From the IMG/VR virus record IMGVR_UViG_3300031576_000028, positions 1 through 64,000 of that record: a stretch of 64,000 nt of DNA, one strand, 5' to 3'. The notes under the pieces are model-generated. The model searched no databases, was not told the origin of the DNA, and worked only from the letters and a program-made list of their open reading frames with translations. The translations under genes were made by a program, and so were the position numbers. Below are positions 9,387 to 19,558 of this stretch, piece by piece. This stretch comes from a virus. How positions within the stretch are numbered: position 1 is the first letter of the stretch; each line of letters opens with the position of its first letter.

Positions 9387-10292
9387 CTACGGCCCCACGT
9401 AGACGTTGCCGAGTAGGTCCACCGCGAAGACCCGCAGCTGCGGGTTAGTGGTCCACCCACCCTTGCGGCGGAGCGTGTATCGGTACCCGTTCGAGATTGC
9501 CTCCCTGGTCGACCCGCCGTCCAGGTACAGCTCGGTGAACTCGGTGAAGTCGTGCGCGGGTTCCGGGAGCCTGAACGGGTCGAGGGTGATCATCGGGATG
9601 ACGAGCACGAGCCCGTCCGAGTCGGTCATGTCAAACTGAATCGGGGTATCTGGACCGACCGGCTGACCGTTCGGTGGCTCGAGGTTGGTCAGCGTGGGCG
9701 CAGCTCCGCTGCCTGGCACGTAGACGGACCAGGAGTACACGTATGTGAGAGCGGGGGCCTTGATGACCTTGAGCGCGCCGAACCCCGGGACGTCGACCTC
9801 GGCTGCGGCCAGCTCGTAATAGTAGGCCCCGGAGCCGGTCTCCGTCACTGTACCCGCGCCGTTTGCGAACGCGCCGCCGTTCTCGCTCACCTGGCGATCA
9901 GCCCCCGCGATGGCCAACCCCGTGACGGGGACCCCGGAGCTGTCGACCAGGTAGATCGGGATTCGGCGCCTGGCTGCGCTGGCCTCGTTCGTGACGAGGC
10001 GCCGGTCGATGTCGACGGCGAGCACGAAGATGCTCGCCGTCGGGCTGACGTTGACCTTGAGCATCGCGTAGCTGTCGGTCGTCACCTCGGCGAGCGTCGC
10101 CTCGTAGTGGTACAGACCAGACCCAACCTCGGCCCACGTACCCGCCCCGTTGGCGAACGCAGCCCCGCTCTTGCTCACCTGGAGCTGCGCACCGGCGGGC
10201 ACGACGCCGGTAACTGGGGCGCCCGTGCTGTCCACCAGGTAAACAGGGATGCGCCTCCTGGCGGCAGTCGGCTCTGCGTAGTTGATGATCAT
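9387..10292 (-). CDS. Virion protein with two tandem ~95-aa repeats
   Basis: ARRRIPxYLVDSxGxPVTG...AFANGAGT..ExGSGxYxYE occurs twice. Confidence 0.75.
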   Translation of the reverse strand: MIINYAEPTAARRRIPVYLVDSTGAPVTGVVPAGAQLQVSKSGAAFANGAGTWAEVGSGLYHYEATLAEVTTDSYAMLKVNVSPTASIFVLAVDIDRRLVTNEASAARRRIPIYLVDSSGVPVTGLAIAGADRQVSENGGAFANGAGTVTETGSGAYYYELAAAEVDVPGFGALKVIKAPALTYVYSWSVYVPGSGAAPTLTNLEPPNGQPVGPDTPIQFDMTDSDGLVLVIPMITLDPFRLPEPAHDFTEFTELYLDGGSTREAISNGYRYTLRRKGGWTTNPQLRVFAVDLLGNVYVGP

Positions 10293-11281
10293 GGCTGGAG
10301 TGTTCTGGTCAGGCCGCCGCCGCCGGCGCCGCCATTTTGCCCCGTCCCCGTCCCCGTCCCGGCGGCGCCGCCAGTGACGCTGAGCGTGACGCTGAGTGGC
10401 GAAGATGAATTCGTTATGATCACGATGATGCCACCGGGGCCGCCGCCTCCTCCTCCTGCGTTACCGCCGCCGCCACCGGCGTTACCTCCAGCGCCGCCCT
10501 TGGCCTCGATGGTTCCAGCCCCGGCAATGGTCTTCGCCATCACGCCGATGACGCCGCCGGCGCCGCCGCCGGCGCCGCCGCCGCCGGTTCCAGCCCCGCC
10601 CGCACCAGCGCCACCAGCGCCACCAGCTCCTCCGCTCACGAGGGCGGCGGGTGAACCCTGGAGGTTTGGGCACCGCCCAGTGAGGATCTGCGTCAGGTCG
10701 TTCCAGCTCGGGCCCTGCGTCGCAGACGGTGGCCCAGCTGGGACGTCGCCGCCTCCGCCGCCCGCTCCGTTACCGCCGCCGCCTCCCTGGAGCACGCCTC
10801 CGTTGCCGCCGGCGCCCGGGCTCGTCGTCGCGACACCAAACGGCGGGCTGTTCGGTGCCGCCGGGCTGTTCACACCCCCAGCGGCCGCGTTGCCACCAGC
10901 CGCGCCCGAACCAGTCTGGCTGTACACCGTCTGCACGACGTCAGCCGGTGTACCCGCCGTGCCGCCGGTCGTGGTCGTGCCGTTTCCGCCCACGCCGCCG
11001 TTGCTCCTGATCGTGCCTGAGAGGGTCAGCGTGCCAGAGCAGAAGATCCTGAACCCAGCCGTCTTGATGATCGCGGCGACGGCGACCGTGATCGACGTTG
11101 CCCAGATATCTCGCGTCAGCGTGTAGACATTCGCCGCCGGCACGAGCGAGAGTCCAGCGAAGCCGGTGACGGTGGTGACCCCGTCGAAGGCAAGGGCACC
11201 ATCGACGCCGATGCCGTACCAGGCGGTGCTTCCGGCATTGGCTGGGGTCCCGGCGCTCTGCGGCGAGAGTAGGTCACCCAT
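10289..11281 (-). CDS. Glycine-rich tail fibre-type protein
   Basis: Long G/A/N runs with GGGGxGGxIxI motifs; position after baseplate J. Confidence 0.75.
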   Translation of the reverse strand: MGDLLSPQSAGTPANAGSTAWYGIGVDGALAFDGVTTVTGFAGLSLVPAANVYTLTRDIWATSITVAVAAIIKTAGFRIFCSGTLTLSGTIRSNGGVGGNGTTTTGGTAGTPADVVQTVYSQTGSGAAGGNAAAGGVNSPAAPNSPPFGVATTSPGAGGNGGVLQGGGGGNGAGGGGGDVPAGPPSATQGPSWNDLTQILTGRCPNLQGSPAALVSGGAGGAGGAGAGGAGTGGGGAGGGAGGVIGVMAKTIAGAGTIEAKGGAGGNAGGGGGNAGGGGGGPGGIIVIITNSSSPLSVTLSVTGGAAGTGTGTGQNGGAGGGGLTRTLQP

Positions 11282-11284
11282 GAG

Positions 11285-12505
11285 TTAAGTTGCCTCCGTG
11301 ATGATCTGGTCTGGATTGACCGTCGTGAAGAGGGACGCGCCCTGATTGGTCGCCGTCACGAGGTCGATCGTGGTCCTGAGGACCTGCATCGCCCTCGGCA
11401 CGATCGTACCTGCAGGCACCGCGATCTCGTTGCCCGTGATGATGAGACCGTTCACGGCGCGCAGGGTCGCTGCGGCGGCCTCTGGCTCGAATGACTCTCC
11501 GGGAACCAGCTCGTTGGTGTAGTTGACCACGGCGGCCCGAGCCTGCTCCGACGTCAAGATCGGGTCGACGCCGGCCGCGAACGTCAGGTCGAGGCGAGAC
11601 TGGATCAGCACGACCTGGGCTACGATGACCTGCACGAACATCCCAGCGCAGCGGACGTTCGACAGGGCGAGGAATACGGTTCGCGCCAGGCTCTGCGCCT
11701 GGGCGTCGTACAGGGCGCTCGTCTGGTTGATGGTAACCAGGGCGTCGGTGAATCGATCCGAGATGAGCAGCTGGACCCACCGCCCCGGTCGTCCCGTCGA
11801 GTCGAGCACCTCGATCGCGTTGGCCTTGACCACGCCGGGGACGGCGAGCGCCCCGGCCTCGATGGCCGCGAGGGTTCCCCTCTGGGCCGTCGTCCAGAAC
11901 CTCCGACAGCGGTCCCGCAGGCTGTCGTCGGACTCGGCGTCGGCCGCGCCGGCGGTCGCCACGACGTTGGTGACTGCGAGGTCGCTGGGCGACCCGGCGA
12001 TGGAGGACACGATGCTCGTGATGGCGCCGGCCTTGGCCTGCTGGTTGAAACCGGCGAGGATGGACCGGATCGAGACGTAGGTGGGGCCCACGGACGAGAC
12101 CGGGAAGCTGGTGGTAACCGTCGTGATGAACTGGACCCCGTCCGACGTGGTCAGCTGGGTACCAGCTGGGATGGAAAACGCGCTCGTCGTCAGCGCCGTG
12201 GTCGTGAACTTCACCGTCCCGAGCGAGGGCGCCGCTGGCTTCTTGACGATGGTGTACCTGTCGAGCGCCAGCCTCTCCAGCCTGGCCTCCTCCGAGGAGT
12301 CCAGGAACTGCCCACGGCACACGTTGATCAGCTGCCCGACCACCTCGTCCGCCATGGCCGCGCCTCCGGCTAGGAGGACGTTGGCGTCGGTCCCGTCTCG
12401 CTGCACGACGTCGGCGGACAACTTCGCGTTGAGGCCCAGGATGCGATCCCGGGCGACGCGGAACAGGTCTTCTCTGGTGGGGAAGTCAGCCAAGGGTCTG
12501 CCCAA
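11285..12505 (-). CDS. Baseplate J-like (Mu gp47-like) protein
   Basis: GAADAESDDSLRDR...GTLAAIEAGALAVPGV signature. Confidence 0.9.
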   Translation of the reverse strand: MGRPLADFPTREDLFRVARDRILGLNAKLSADVVQRDGTDANVLLAGGAAMADEVVGQLINVCRGQFLDSSEEARLERLALDRYTIVKKPAAPSLGTVKFTTTALTTSAFSIPAGTQLTTSDGVQFITTVTTSFPVSSVGPTYVSIRSILAGFNQQAKAGAITSIVSSIAGSPSDLAVTNVVATAGAADAESDDSLRDRCRRFWTTAQRGTLAAIEAGALAVPGVVKANAIEVLDSTGRPGRWVQLLISDRFTDALVTINQTSALYDAQAQSLARTVFLALSNVRCAGMFVQVIVAQVVLIQSRLDLTFAAGVDPILTSEQARAAVVNYTNELVPGESFEPEAAAATLRAVNGLIITGNEIAVPAGTIVPRAMQVLRTTIDLVTATNQGASLFTTVNPDQIITEAT

Positions 12506-13313
12506 TGGGGGAATTGAGGGCGACAGTAACCTGCTCGCCGGTCCGAGTCATCACCGCGGTGACCTTGACCGAGAGGGTGTTCTGGCGCTGGGAGATGGAC
12601 GCGGAGACCGAGGAGATGCCGGGCTGCTCGAGCATGAGCTCGCGCTCGATGGCGGCCTTGAACCTGACCAGGTCCCCGCCCGGGATCGGCTGCTTGACCC
12701 GCAGCCCGACCCCGTACGCCGGGATGTGGTAGAAGTCACCCGGCGTCGTGGTCAGCCTACGCAGCAGCAATTTCTGAATCAGGGCGGGCCCCTCCACGAG
12801 GGCGTAGTCTCCTCCCTGCACGACGAGGACGCCCCCGAGGTTGGTGTCCCCAGACGACGGGGAGGGCGCGCTGGCCAGGTCGCGACTGCCGACCCTCCTC
12901 CTCGTCAGGAGGGCCTGAGGCGTCGACGTGGCCACCTCCGTTACCCCGGCGAAGTCGGCGCTGTCTGGGGTTGTCACGACGTGGTCAGCCGCGTCCCTGA
13001 GGGTCACGGCCGTGACCCTCATCGTGCCCGTCGAGTTAATGAACTGCTGGACCGACCGCACCCGCCACGAGAGCGGGTGCTCGTGCGGCGTGATCTCGGC
13101 GACCTCGAAGACCTGCAAAGTCGCTGGTACGGAGAACTGCCAAGACAGCGGGTTGCGAACGTCACCCGGTAGGACCAGTGACCTGTCCAGCGGCGGGCGA
13201 GACAGGACCACCACTGCCTCGTGGGTGCTGACGGCCCACGCCCTCTCGACGGTCAGCGCCGCGGCTACGCCGTAGGCGCCTAGGCCCCACGGCCCGGTTC
13301 CCCAGGACGTCAC
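12486..13313 (-). CDS. Baseplate wedge initiator (gp25/GPW-like C-terminal domain) with N-terminal extension
   Basis: LLRRLTTTPGDFYHIPAYGVGL motif; lies just upstream of J. Confidence 0.75.
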   Translation of the reverse strand: MTSWGTGPWGLGAYGVAAALTVERAWAVSTHEAVVVLSRPPLDRSLVLPGDVRNPLSWQFSVPATLQVFEVAEITPHEHPLSWRVRSVQQFINSTGTMRVTAVTLRDAADHVVTTPDSADFAGVTEVATSTPQALLTRRRVGSRDLASAPSPSSGDTNLGGVLVVQGGDYALVEGPALIQKLLLRRLTTTPGDFYHIPAYGVGLRVKQPIPGGDLVRFKAAIERELMLEQPGISSVSASISQRQNTLSVKVTAVMTRTGEQVTVALNSPIGQTLG

Positions 13314-13975
13314 GTAGTCCTAACCTTCTGCGAGAGGGCCGAAGCCACCGCCGAGGTGAACGCGGTCAACGCCGCGGTCAGCGCCGCAGCTGGCGTGCCA
13401 GGCGGAGTCGTCGTGCACGTCGCGGCGAACGTCGTGATGGCGGTGAAGAAGGCGTCCTCCGCGAGCCTGTACGTCGTCCCCTTAATGACTGACTCGGAGG
13501 CCGACTCGGCGCCGAGTCGGACCCCGCCGCTGCCCTGGGCCTCGATGACGAGGTTACCGGCGCCCTTGGTGATCATCCGCAGGGTCTTCCCGGGCTTGAC
13601 CACAACGAGCAAGTCCTCGGGGTGGTCAACCACCTCCTGCGGAGGTGGGTCGCTCGCGCCGTGCAGCCGGCGGGTGACGATGAGCCCGGCGTCGGGGTCC
13701 CCGCTGGGGGCCTCGACCAGCACCTCGTCATCGACCTCGAGCGGGGCGTACATGCCGAACCCGTTGCCAGCGTACTCGACGCCCAAACGGGCGGCCGACT
13801 GATCGCCCAGCGGCATGAGGGTGACGTCGACGAACACCCCCTCAGCCGGGTCGACGTGAACGGCGGTCACGACGGCCAGCGATACCCACGTGCGCGTGTC
13901 CATGCCCGGGCCCCGCACCGCGGCGCCGAGCCGGGCGGTGTCGATGGACTTAGAGACTCTCGAGTTCTTCAGCAT
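13310..13975 (-). CDS. Baseplate spike / assembly protein V-like
   Basis: OB-fold pattern YAGNGFGMYAPLEVDDEVLVEAPSGDPDAG. Confidence 0.8.
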   Translation of the reverse strand: MLKNSRVSKSIDTARLGAAVRGPGMDTRTWVSLAVVTAVHVDPAEGVFVDVTLMPLGDQSAARLGVEYAGNGFGMYAPLEVDDEVLVEAPSGDPDAGLIVTRRLHGASDPPPQEVVDHPEDLLVVVKPGKTLRMITKGAGNLVIEAQGSGGVRLGAESASESVIKGTTYRLAEDAFFTAITTFAATCTTTPPGTPAAALTAALTAFTSAVASALSQKVRTT

Positions 13976-13981
13976 CGTTAA

Positions 13982-15943
13982 TCATTCACCACGAAAGTTC
14001 TTGTTGATGGCAGCGAGCGTCTCCTCGGTGCTGCGCCGGGCCTTCTCGATCTCTTTCCGGCGAGACCAGTAGACGGCGGCCTCCTTGTCAGTCGGTTCCT
14101 TGTCCGTTCCGTACTTCTTCTGCATGTCTCGCGCGGTCAGGGTCTTCGGCTTCTGGTCGTTCGAGGCGCCGATGGTGGTGGTCGCCACCGTCGCGTTGGC
14201 GCCGAGCTGCTCGCTGATGTCGTTTCGCACAGTCACGAAGTTCTGGAAGTCGAAGCTGACCTGGATGCCGGCACTCTGGGACCAGTTGAACACGACGTTG
14301 GACGTCCGGAACGTGCTCAGCAGGTCGATGACGGTGCCGCGGCTGGATGCGGCCAGGACGCGAGCGAGGTTCTCGTCACCCGCGTCGGCCTTACCCCACA
14401 GGGCCTGCCGAATCTCGCCGACGGCCTCTGCAAACGAGGACCTGTTGCTGTCGACGTACGTCGACACGTTTGGCGCCGTCGAGCCGAGGGCGCGCACGTC
14501 GACCCGGAAGTCGACGGCGTCCCCGGGTCGGAGGCGGAGGAGGTCTGGGTCGACGTTGTCCCCCTTGTACGACGCGAGGGTGTCCGTCCTGCACGACCCG
14601 CCGATCTCCTGGCGGCTGATCTCCTCCCACAGGGACCGGGCGATGCCGACGAGCTGGTTCTGGTCTCGAATGCCGTGGACCGAGATGACCTTCACGTCCT
14701 CCTGGGAGACCTCGCCGCTCGGGGAGACCCCGGACATCCTCGCCATCTTCTCGTTGACGGGGGGCCATTGGGCCGTCAGGAGCTTGGACAGGCCCCGTGA
14801 GGTACTCGACGTGTCGAACGACACGACCTTGATGACGGGCACCTTGGTCCCAGAGAGCTTCCTCTCGAAGGTCAGCTCGCGAATGTTTCTCCCATAGATC
14901 ATCTTGCGCTTCGCGAACTCGCGGCCCAGATCGTCTGTGCGCGGGGTCGGCACGAACACGGGGTCCGTCGGCGCGAACGTCGGCTTGGATTGGTCGAAGA
15001 TTGAGAACGCTGGGCGGATGACCAGGGTCCGACCGCGAAAGTACGGGATCGCCCCGACCAGGAAGCAGTACTTCGTGATCATGTCCCACATGGCGACCTT
15101 GTCGTCGCCGCCGTTTCCGGCGCTCGTCCCCTCCCCGTTCGCCTTCCGCCGCACGCGGGTGAGGCCCTCCGAGTCGAGCACCGTCGCCGGCGCCCCGTTC
15201 GGCCAGTCCTCGGGAGAGACCTTGACCTCCATCCTGGCCGCCTGCGGGTGGGTCTCGAGGATGGCTGCGACGACCTTGTCGATCGGCTGGTCGAGGTTGA
15301 TCTTCGCGATGACCTCGGGCTTGACCGGGGAGTCGAGGAAGATGCCGCGGAAGTCTCGTCCCTCGATCTTGACCGTGGACGAGGTCTCCCCGTGCGAGAC
15401 GAACCACGTGTCTACGACTCCCGCGATGACCATCAGGTCGTCCCGGGGCGTCCCGCGCATGCCGGCCGACGTCGTCTTCAGGACCGATCGACGACTGCCG
15501 TCCTGCTCGACGCCGGCCATGCCGGCCGAGAAGTTCTCAGGGGACACGGTTCCCATGTAGACCTCGACCGCCGCGGAGCGGACCAGCCTCGGGTCGATGG
15601 GCAACTCCCGCCAGTCCAGCTCCAGCGAGAACTTTCCAGCCTGCCTGTAGCCGGGAAGTTCGACCTGGGCCGAGATGGGCACGCGGTTGCTGATGAACGA
15701 CATGTTGGAGTCGCCCTGCTGGGTGATCAGCGGCCTCGGGACCTTCACGACTCGACGCCCGTGTGTAATCCCGCGGACCTGCTTGCCGCCGACGACCGGC
15801 TGCTGGGACCTGGAGGTCGCAGCTGGGTCGCCATCCTGAGGTCCCGGCTCCGGGATTGGCTCGTCGACCTTGAAGGCCTCGTCGAAGCGCAGGCGAAAGT
15901 TCACCACGCAGCTCGGGTAGAAGTACTCGCCGCCCTCGGGCAC
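13982..15943 (-). CDS. Baseplate hub / late control D-like tail protein
   Basis: Long ORF between the tube initiator and the spike; GVVD...VKIEGRD motif; start placed at GTG 15943. Confidence 0.7.
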   Translation of the reverse strand: MPEGGEYFYPSCVVNFRLRFDEAFKVDEPIPEPGPQDGDPAATSRSQQPVVGGKQVRGITHGRRVVKVPRPLITQQGDSNMSFISNRVPISAQVELPGYRQAGKFSLELDWRELPIDPRLVRSAAVEVYMGTVSPENFSAGMAGVEQDGSRRSVLKTTSAGMRGTPRDDLMVIAGVVDTWFVSHGETSSTVKIEGRDFRGIFLDSPVKPEVIAKINLDQPIDKVVAAILETHPQAARMEVKVSPEDWPNGAPATVLDSEGLTRVRRKANGEGTSAGNGGDDKVAMWDMITKYCFLVGAIPYFRGRTLVIRPAFSIFDQSKPTFAPTDPVFVPTPRTDDLGREFAKRKMIYGRNIRELTFERKLSGTKVPVIKVVSFDTSSTSRGLSKLLTAQWPPVNEKMARMSGVSPSGEVSQEDVKVISVHGIRDQNQLVGIARSLWEEISRQEIGGSCRTDTLASYKGDNVDPDLLRLRPGDAVDFRVDVRALGSTAPNVSTYVDSNRSSFAEAVGEIRQALWGKADAGDENLARVLAASSRGTVIDLLSTFRTSNVVFNWSQSAGIQVSFDFQNFVTVRNDISEQLGANATVATTTIGASNDQKPKTLTARDMQKKYGTDKEPTDKEAAVYWSRRKEIEKARRSTEETLAAINKNFRGE

Positions 15944-15945
15944 GG

Positions 15946-17115
15946 CTAGCACCCATCCTGCGGCGGGATGGCCGGCACGAACACGACCTGGCCAGCCGAC
16001 AGTCGGCTAGACCCGAGGCGATTGTAGATCATCAACCCTCGCCAGTCGTCGGGGGACCCGTAGAACACCGTCGAGACCTCCCGGAGATCCTGGTCCTGCC
16101 TAGCCTGGAACACGCGGATGGCGTCGCCCTCGATCAAGGTGAGAAGCGCCGACTGCTCGCTCGCGGCCATGTTTCGGAGCGCGGTTGCGCTGCGAGCTCG
16201 GTCGCGAGCTTCTGCCCGCTGCGAGAGGATCTGGCCGAACGTCAGCTCGACCGAGTTGATCACGCTGACGCCGCCCTGGTCGAGGGCCGCGCCGTCTATC
16301 GACCGGTTGACCAGCGTGACGAACATGTCCGCCTCGAGCTTGAGGCCGTCGAGCACGGCGGCGGACTTCCTGAGTGACTCTGGCCCAGACAGGCCCAGAG
16401 TGACGGCCTCGTTGACCGCGTCCCCCATGGCCTCCGCCCCGAGCTGGAGCAGGCTCGTAACCTCGTCCAGGAAGCTCGTCAGTCCGGCGAACCTGTCGCC
16501 AGCCTGCGGCACGATGTCGGCGACGGTCCCGGTCGGGACGAGACGATTGACCGCGTTCTGGACCTTGACGGGGAGGTCCCCGAGGTCGGATGCGCCGGGA
16601 TCTTGGAACTTGACGTTGGCCAAGGACTCGGCCTGGGAGGTCCACGCGAACATCATCTCCCACTCGCAGTCGTGACCCGTGTGCCACTTGACCGTGAACC
16701 GATCGATGATCCCACGGCGGGCCTGGTCTAGCCACGTCACCTCGACCTGGGACCCCTTCCGACGCATGTCATCGGCGGTCCTCACCAGATCTCGCACGGT
16801 GTTGAGGGACACCTCGATTCCGTCCTCAGCCGAGGTGACCTCAGCGTACGGGAGGTGCTCGCTGGTGATGAGGTGCTCGCCGATGAAGACGTCCTTCCAC
16901 TGGCCTGTGACCGTGGTTGGCTCCTCCTTCGCCCCGTAGGCCTGGAGCGTTCCGATCGGCGAACCCGGGTACCAGCTGATCGAGTTTCGCTGCGTACCAG
17001 ACAGCTCGAACGGTCGATAGGGCAGCGCCCGCCCGCGGAGCGTCAGAGCCCGCTTGTCACCTGTCATCTCCCGGATGGAGAACGGCGTAGCCAGATCGTT
17101 GGCGGTCTCGGCCAC
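15946..17115 (-). CDS. Tail tube initiator-like protein with C-terminal LysM/tail-X-like domain
   Basis: DLREVSTVFYGSPDDWRGLMIYNRL...LSAGQVVFVP. Confidence 0.75.
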   Translation of the reverse strand: MAETANDLATPFSIREMTGDKRALTLRGRALPYRPFELSGTQRNSISWYPGSPIGTLQAYGAKEEPTTVTGQWKDVFIGEHLITSEHLPYAEVTSAEDGIEVSLNTVRDLVRTADDMRRKGSQVEVTWLDQARRGIIDRFTVKWHTGHDCEWEMMFAWTSQAESLANVKFQDPGASDLGDLPVKVQNAVNRLVPTGTVADIVPQAGDRFAGLTSFLDEVTSLLQLGAEAMGDAVNEAVTLGLSGPESLRKSAAVLDGLKLEADMFVTLVNRSIDGAALDQGGVSVINSVELTFGQILSQRAEARDRARSATALRNMAASEQSALLTLIEGDAIRVFQARQDQDLREVSTVFYGSPDDWRGLMIYNRLGSSRLSAGQVVFVPAIPPQDGC

Positions 17116-17118
17116 CGC

Positions 17119-18894
17119 TCACCGCACCGTGTAGAGGGGCGCGAACCCCGACTGGAGGCGGCGCTCGCCTACCGAGGCCAGGTCGGACGCGAACGCGACC
17201 GCTATGCGGTCGGGGTCGAACCCCTCCGCGAACTCCTGCTTGATGTCGAAGCGGGATCCGCGGAAGTCCTGGTAGGTATCGCCCTTGTCGGGTGTGCCTG
17301 TGAGGGATCCCCCGAATTTTTTGCGCTGTGCCTCGACCGCCGACCTCGTCTTGCTTTCCCCCGTGAATAGTTCAGGAGATAGCTTGTGGGCCCTCTTGAG
17401 GGCGGCTTCGGCTTCCTGGAACTTCTTGCGCTCCTCGTCCGTGACCTTCCCCCTGTGACCAGCCAGCTCGCGGGTGATCACCTTAACCTTCTCCTGGGCT
17501 GCCGCGATCTTCTCACCTCGCTGGATGTCCTCCTCGGCCTTCCTGCGCAGGTTCTGCTCGCGCTTGGTCTCCCAGTGGGCGATGCGTTCTACGCGGTCTG
17601 AGATCCACTCGACCACAGAGGCTATGGCCCCGAAAACCGTCTCGAAGACCGACATGAGCTTCTCGCCGAGCCACGCCAGTCCACGACCGATCGGCGAGTC
17701 CTCGCTGAACATCTTGGCGATAGACGACCCGATCTTGCCGAGGGCGCTGAAGATTCGGCTGAAGTGGTCCTTGATCCTCCCCGCGATCTCAGGGAACGCC
17801 TTGAACGCGGCGACGATGAGCCCGATGGCCCCGCCGATGATGCTCAGCCTCCCGAGCATGCCGATGATGGGACCTAGGGCCGTAGCCCCTTTGAAGAACG
17901 ACATGATGGACCCACCAGCGGACGCCAGCCCGAGCCCGCCGCCGCCCTTCGTCACCCACTTCCCGGCCCCGCCCTTCGTCACCCACTTCCCGGCCCCGGC
18001 GACCATCCCGCCCATCGTCATCTTCCCGCCGGACAACTTCTGCATGGCGTAGCTGGCCATCATGATCTTGGCGTACGTTTTCGCCAGCGTGATGATGGTC
18101 TCCATGTGGTTGACTAGGAAGATCCCGAACCTCTCGGCCTTGTCCGCCCACCCGCTGATGGACGACGAGAACTTGTCCGCCAGCTTGGTGAGCGCCGGCG
18201 CCAGCTTGATCATGATGCCGGCGGTCAGACGCTTCCACGCGATGCCGATGCGGCTAGTCGCCTCGTTGTACTCCTGCATCCCGGCCATCGCCTGCTCGTT
18301 GAAGGCGGAGTTGGCCAGCGTACCGTCCTCGATCATCTTCTTGACGACCTCGGGGCCCTTCCCGAGCATGTCGATCATGCCAGCCGCCGACTTAGCGCTG
18401 ACGTTGAGAGCGCGCCCGATCTGCCCGGCGTCTAGGCCGCTGTTGACGACGGCCTTGGACATGGCGACCAGGGACTTCTCGGGACCCTCCTTGAGGTTGA
18501 TGCCGTACTTCTTGGCGAGGTTCGCAGCGGCCTTGTTGCCCTCCTCGAGCTTGGTCCCGCGCTGGACCATGCGGGCCATGATGCCCTCGACCTCGTCGGC
18601 GGCGACGCCGCTCTCCTCCATGGCGTTCGAGATGCCGCCGACCCGGTCGGCGGCGATGCCAGTCAGGTCCGAGATCCTGTCTAGGTGGTCGATGTAGTCC
18701 TTGGCTCCGCGGATCGCCCCGCCTAGGTTGAACAGGGCCCCGAAGATGGCCGCCCCCTTGGCCATGTCGACGAAACGACGAGTCGCCCCGTCGACCGCCT
18801 TGCCGAGGCGGTGGGCCCCGGTCTCCATGTTCCGGAGCTTGGGAGACGCCTTGTCGTCGACGTCGAACTCGATGTCTACCTTCTCGTCGGCCAC
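17119..18894 (-). CDS. Tape measure protein
   Basis: Helical A/G/K-rich 591 aa directly after the chaperone pair. Confidence 0.85.
   Translation of the reverse strand: MADEKVDIEFDVDDKASPKLRNMETGAHRLGKAVDGATRRFVDMAKGAAIFGALFNLGGAIRGAKDYIDHLDRISDLTGIAADRVGGISNAMEESGVAADEVEGIMARMVQRGTKLEEGNKAAANLAKKYGINLKEGPEKSLVAMSKAVVNSGLDAGQIGRALNVSAKSAAGMIDMLGKGPEVVKKMIEDGTLANSAFNEQAMAGMQEYNEATSRIGIAWKRLTAGIMIKLAPALTKLADKFSSSISGWADKAERFGIFLVNHMETIITLAKTYAKIMMASYAMQKLSGGKMTMGGMVAGAGKWVTKGGAGKWVTKGGGGLGLASAGGSIMSFFKGATALGPIIGMLGRLSIIGGAIGLIVAAFKAFPEIAGRIKDHFSRIFSALGKIGSSIAKMFSEDSPIGRGLAWLGEKLMSVFETVFGAIASVVEWISDRVERIAHWETKREQNLRRKAEEDIQRGEKIAAAQEKVKVITRELAGHRGKVTDEERKKFQEAEAALKRAHKLSPELFTGESKTRSAVEAQRKKFGGSLTGTPDKGDTYQDFRGSRFDIKQEFAEGFDPDRIAVAFASDLASVGERRLQSGFAPLYTVR
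17942..17998. repeat. 27-bp perfect tandem duplication in the tape measure gene (GAGKWVTKG x2)
   Basis: CCGCCCTTCGTCACCCACTTCCCGGCC repeated twice. Confidence 0.9.
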
Positions 18895-18897
18895 GGC

Positions 18898-19544
18898 TCA
18901 GCCTCCCCTCGCCTCTCGGTGCGATAGGGAGGTCCCCGTCTTGTTCTCGGACTCGATCAAGTAGCCGAGGCCGTCATTGAACCGCACGAGCTGGTCCCAG
19001 GTCAGCTCCCCGATCTCGGAGAGCTGCTGGTGGCCGTAGCGGGCGGCGCAGGCGATGGTCTTGAACATGTCCGTGACGTGCTCCTCTACGTCGGGGAAGG
19101 CCCGCGACAGCAGGTATATGTAGCCACCGGGGGGCCTCCGGAAGGCGTCAGGGGAGTCGGCCTCTAGACCTTGACCTTCCGGCTCCCCAGGAACTTTTTT
19201 GTGACGGCCTGGCTCTTGACCGTGCTCATGTCCGAGTACGCCTCCAGGATGAGCTCCCGGATTACCGGGTCGGCGTGCTCGAGCACGCGCTCATCCTCGG
19301 CCTCGGCCTTGTTCAACTTCCGCCCGTCGACCTCGACCAGCGCGAAGCGGGCCCAGTTGTAGGCGAGCTTGGCCTGGTTCCCGCCGGCACGCTCCGAGGC
19401 CGCGATCTCCTCGCTCATCTTGAGCTTGACGAGCCCGACCGACCGCCTGACGAACTCGTCCTGGTCGACCATCTCCTCGGGCAGCTCGTACTCGTAGACT
19501 GGCCTCTGCTCCGGGGCTTTTCGGACGTTCGGTAGTGCCTCCAC
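18898..19544 (-). CDS. Tail assembly chaperone, long form made by programmed -1 frameshift
   Basis: Slippery A AAA AAG at 19194-19200; the -1 frame stays open with good codon usage to TGA 18898, 3 nt before the tape measure start. Confidence 0.85.
19164..19544 (-). CDS. Tail assembly chaperone, short form
   Basis: Between tube and tape measure; AGGAGG RBS. Confidence 0.85.
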   Translation of the reverse strand: MEALPNVRKAPEQRPVYEYELPEEMVDQDEFVRRSVGLVKLKMSEEIAASERAGGNQAKLAYNWARFALVEVDGRKLNKAEAEDERVLEHADPVIRELILEAYSDMSTVKSQAVTKKFLGSRKVKV

Positions 19545-19558
19545 GCGCTCCTCCTAGT

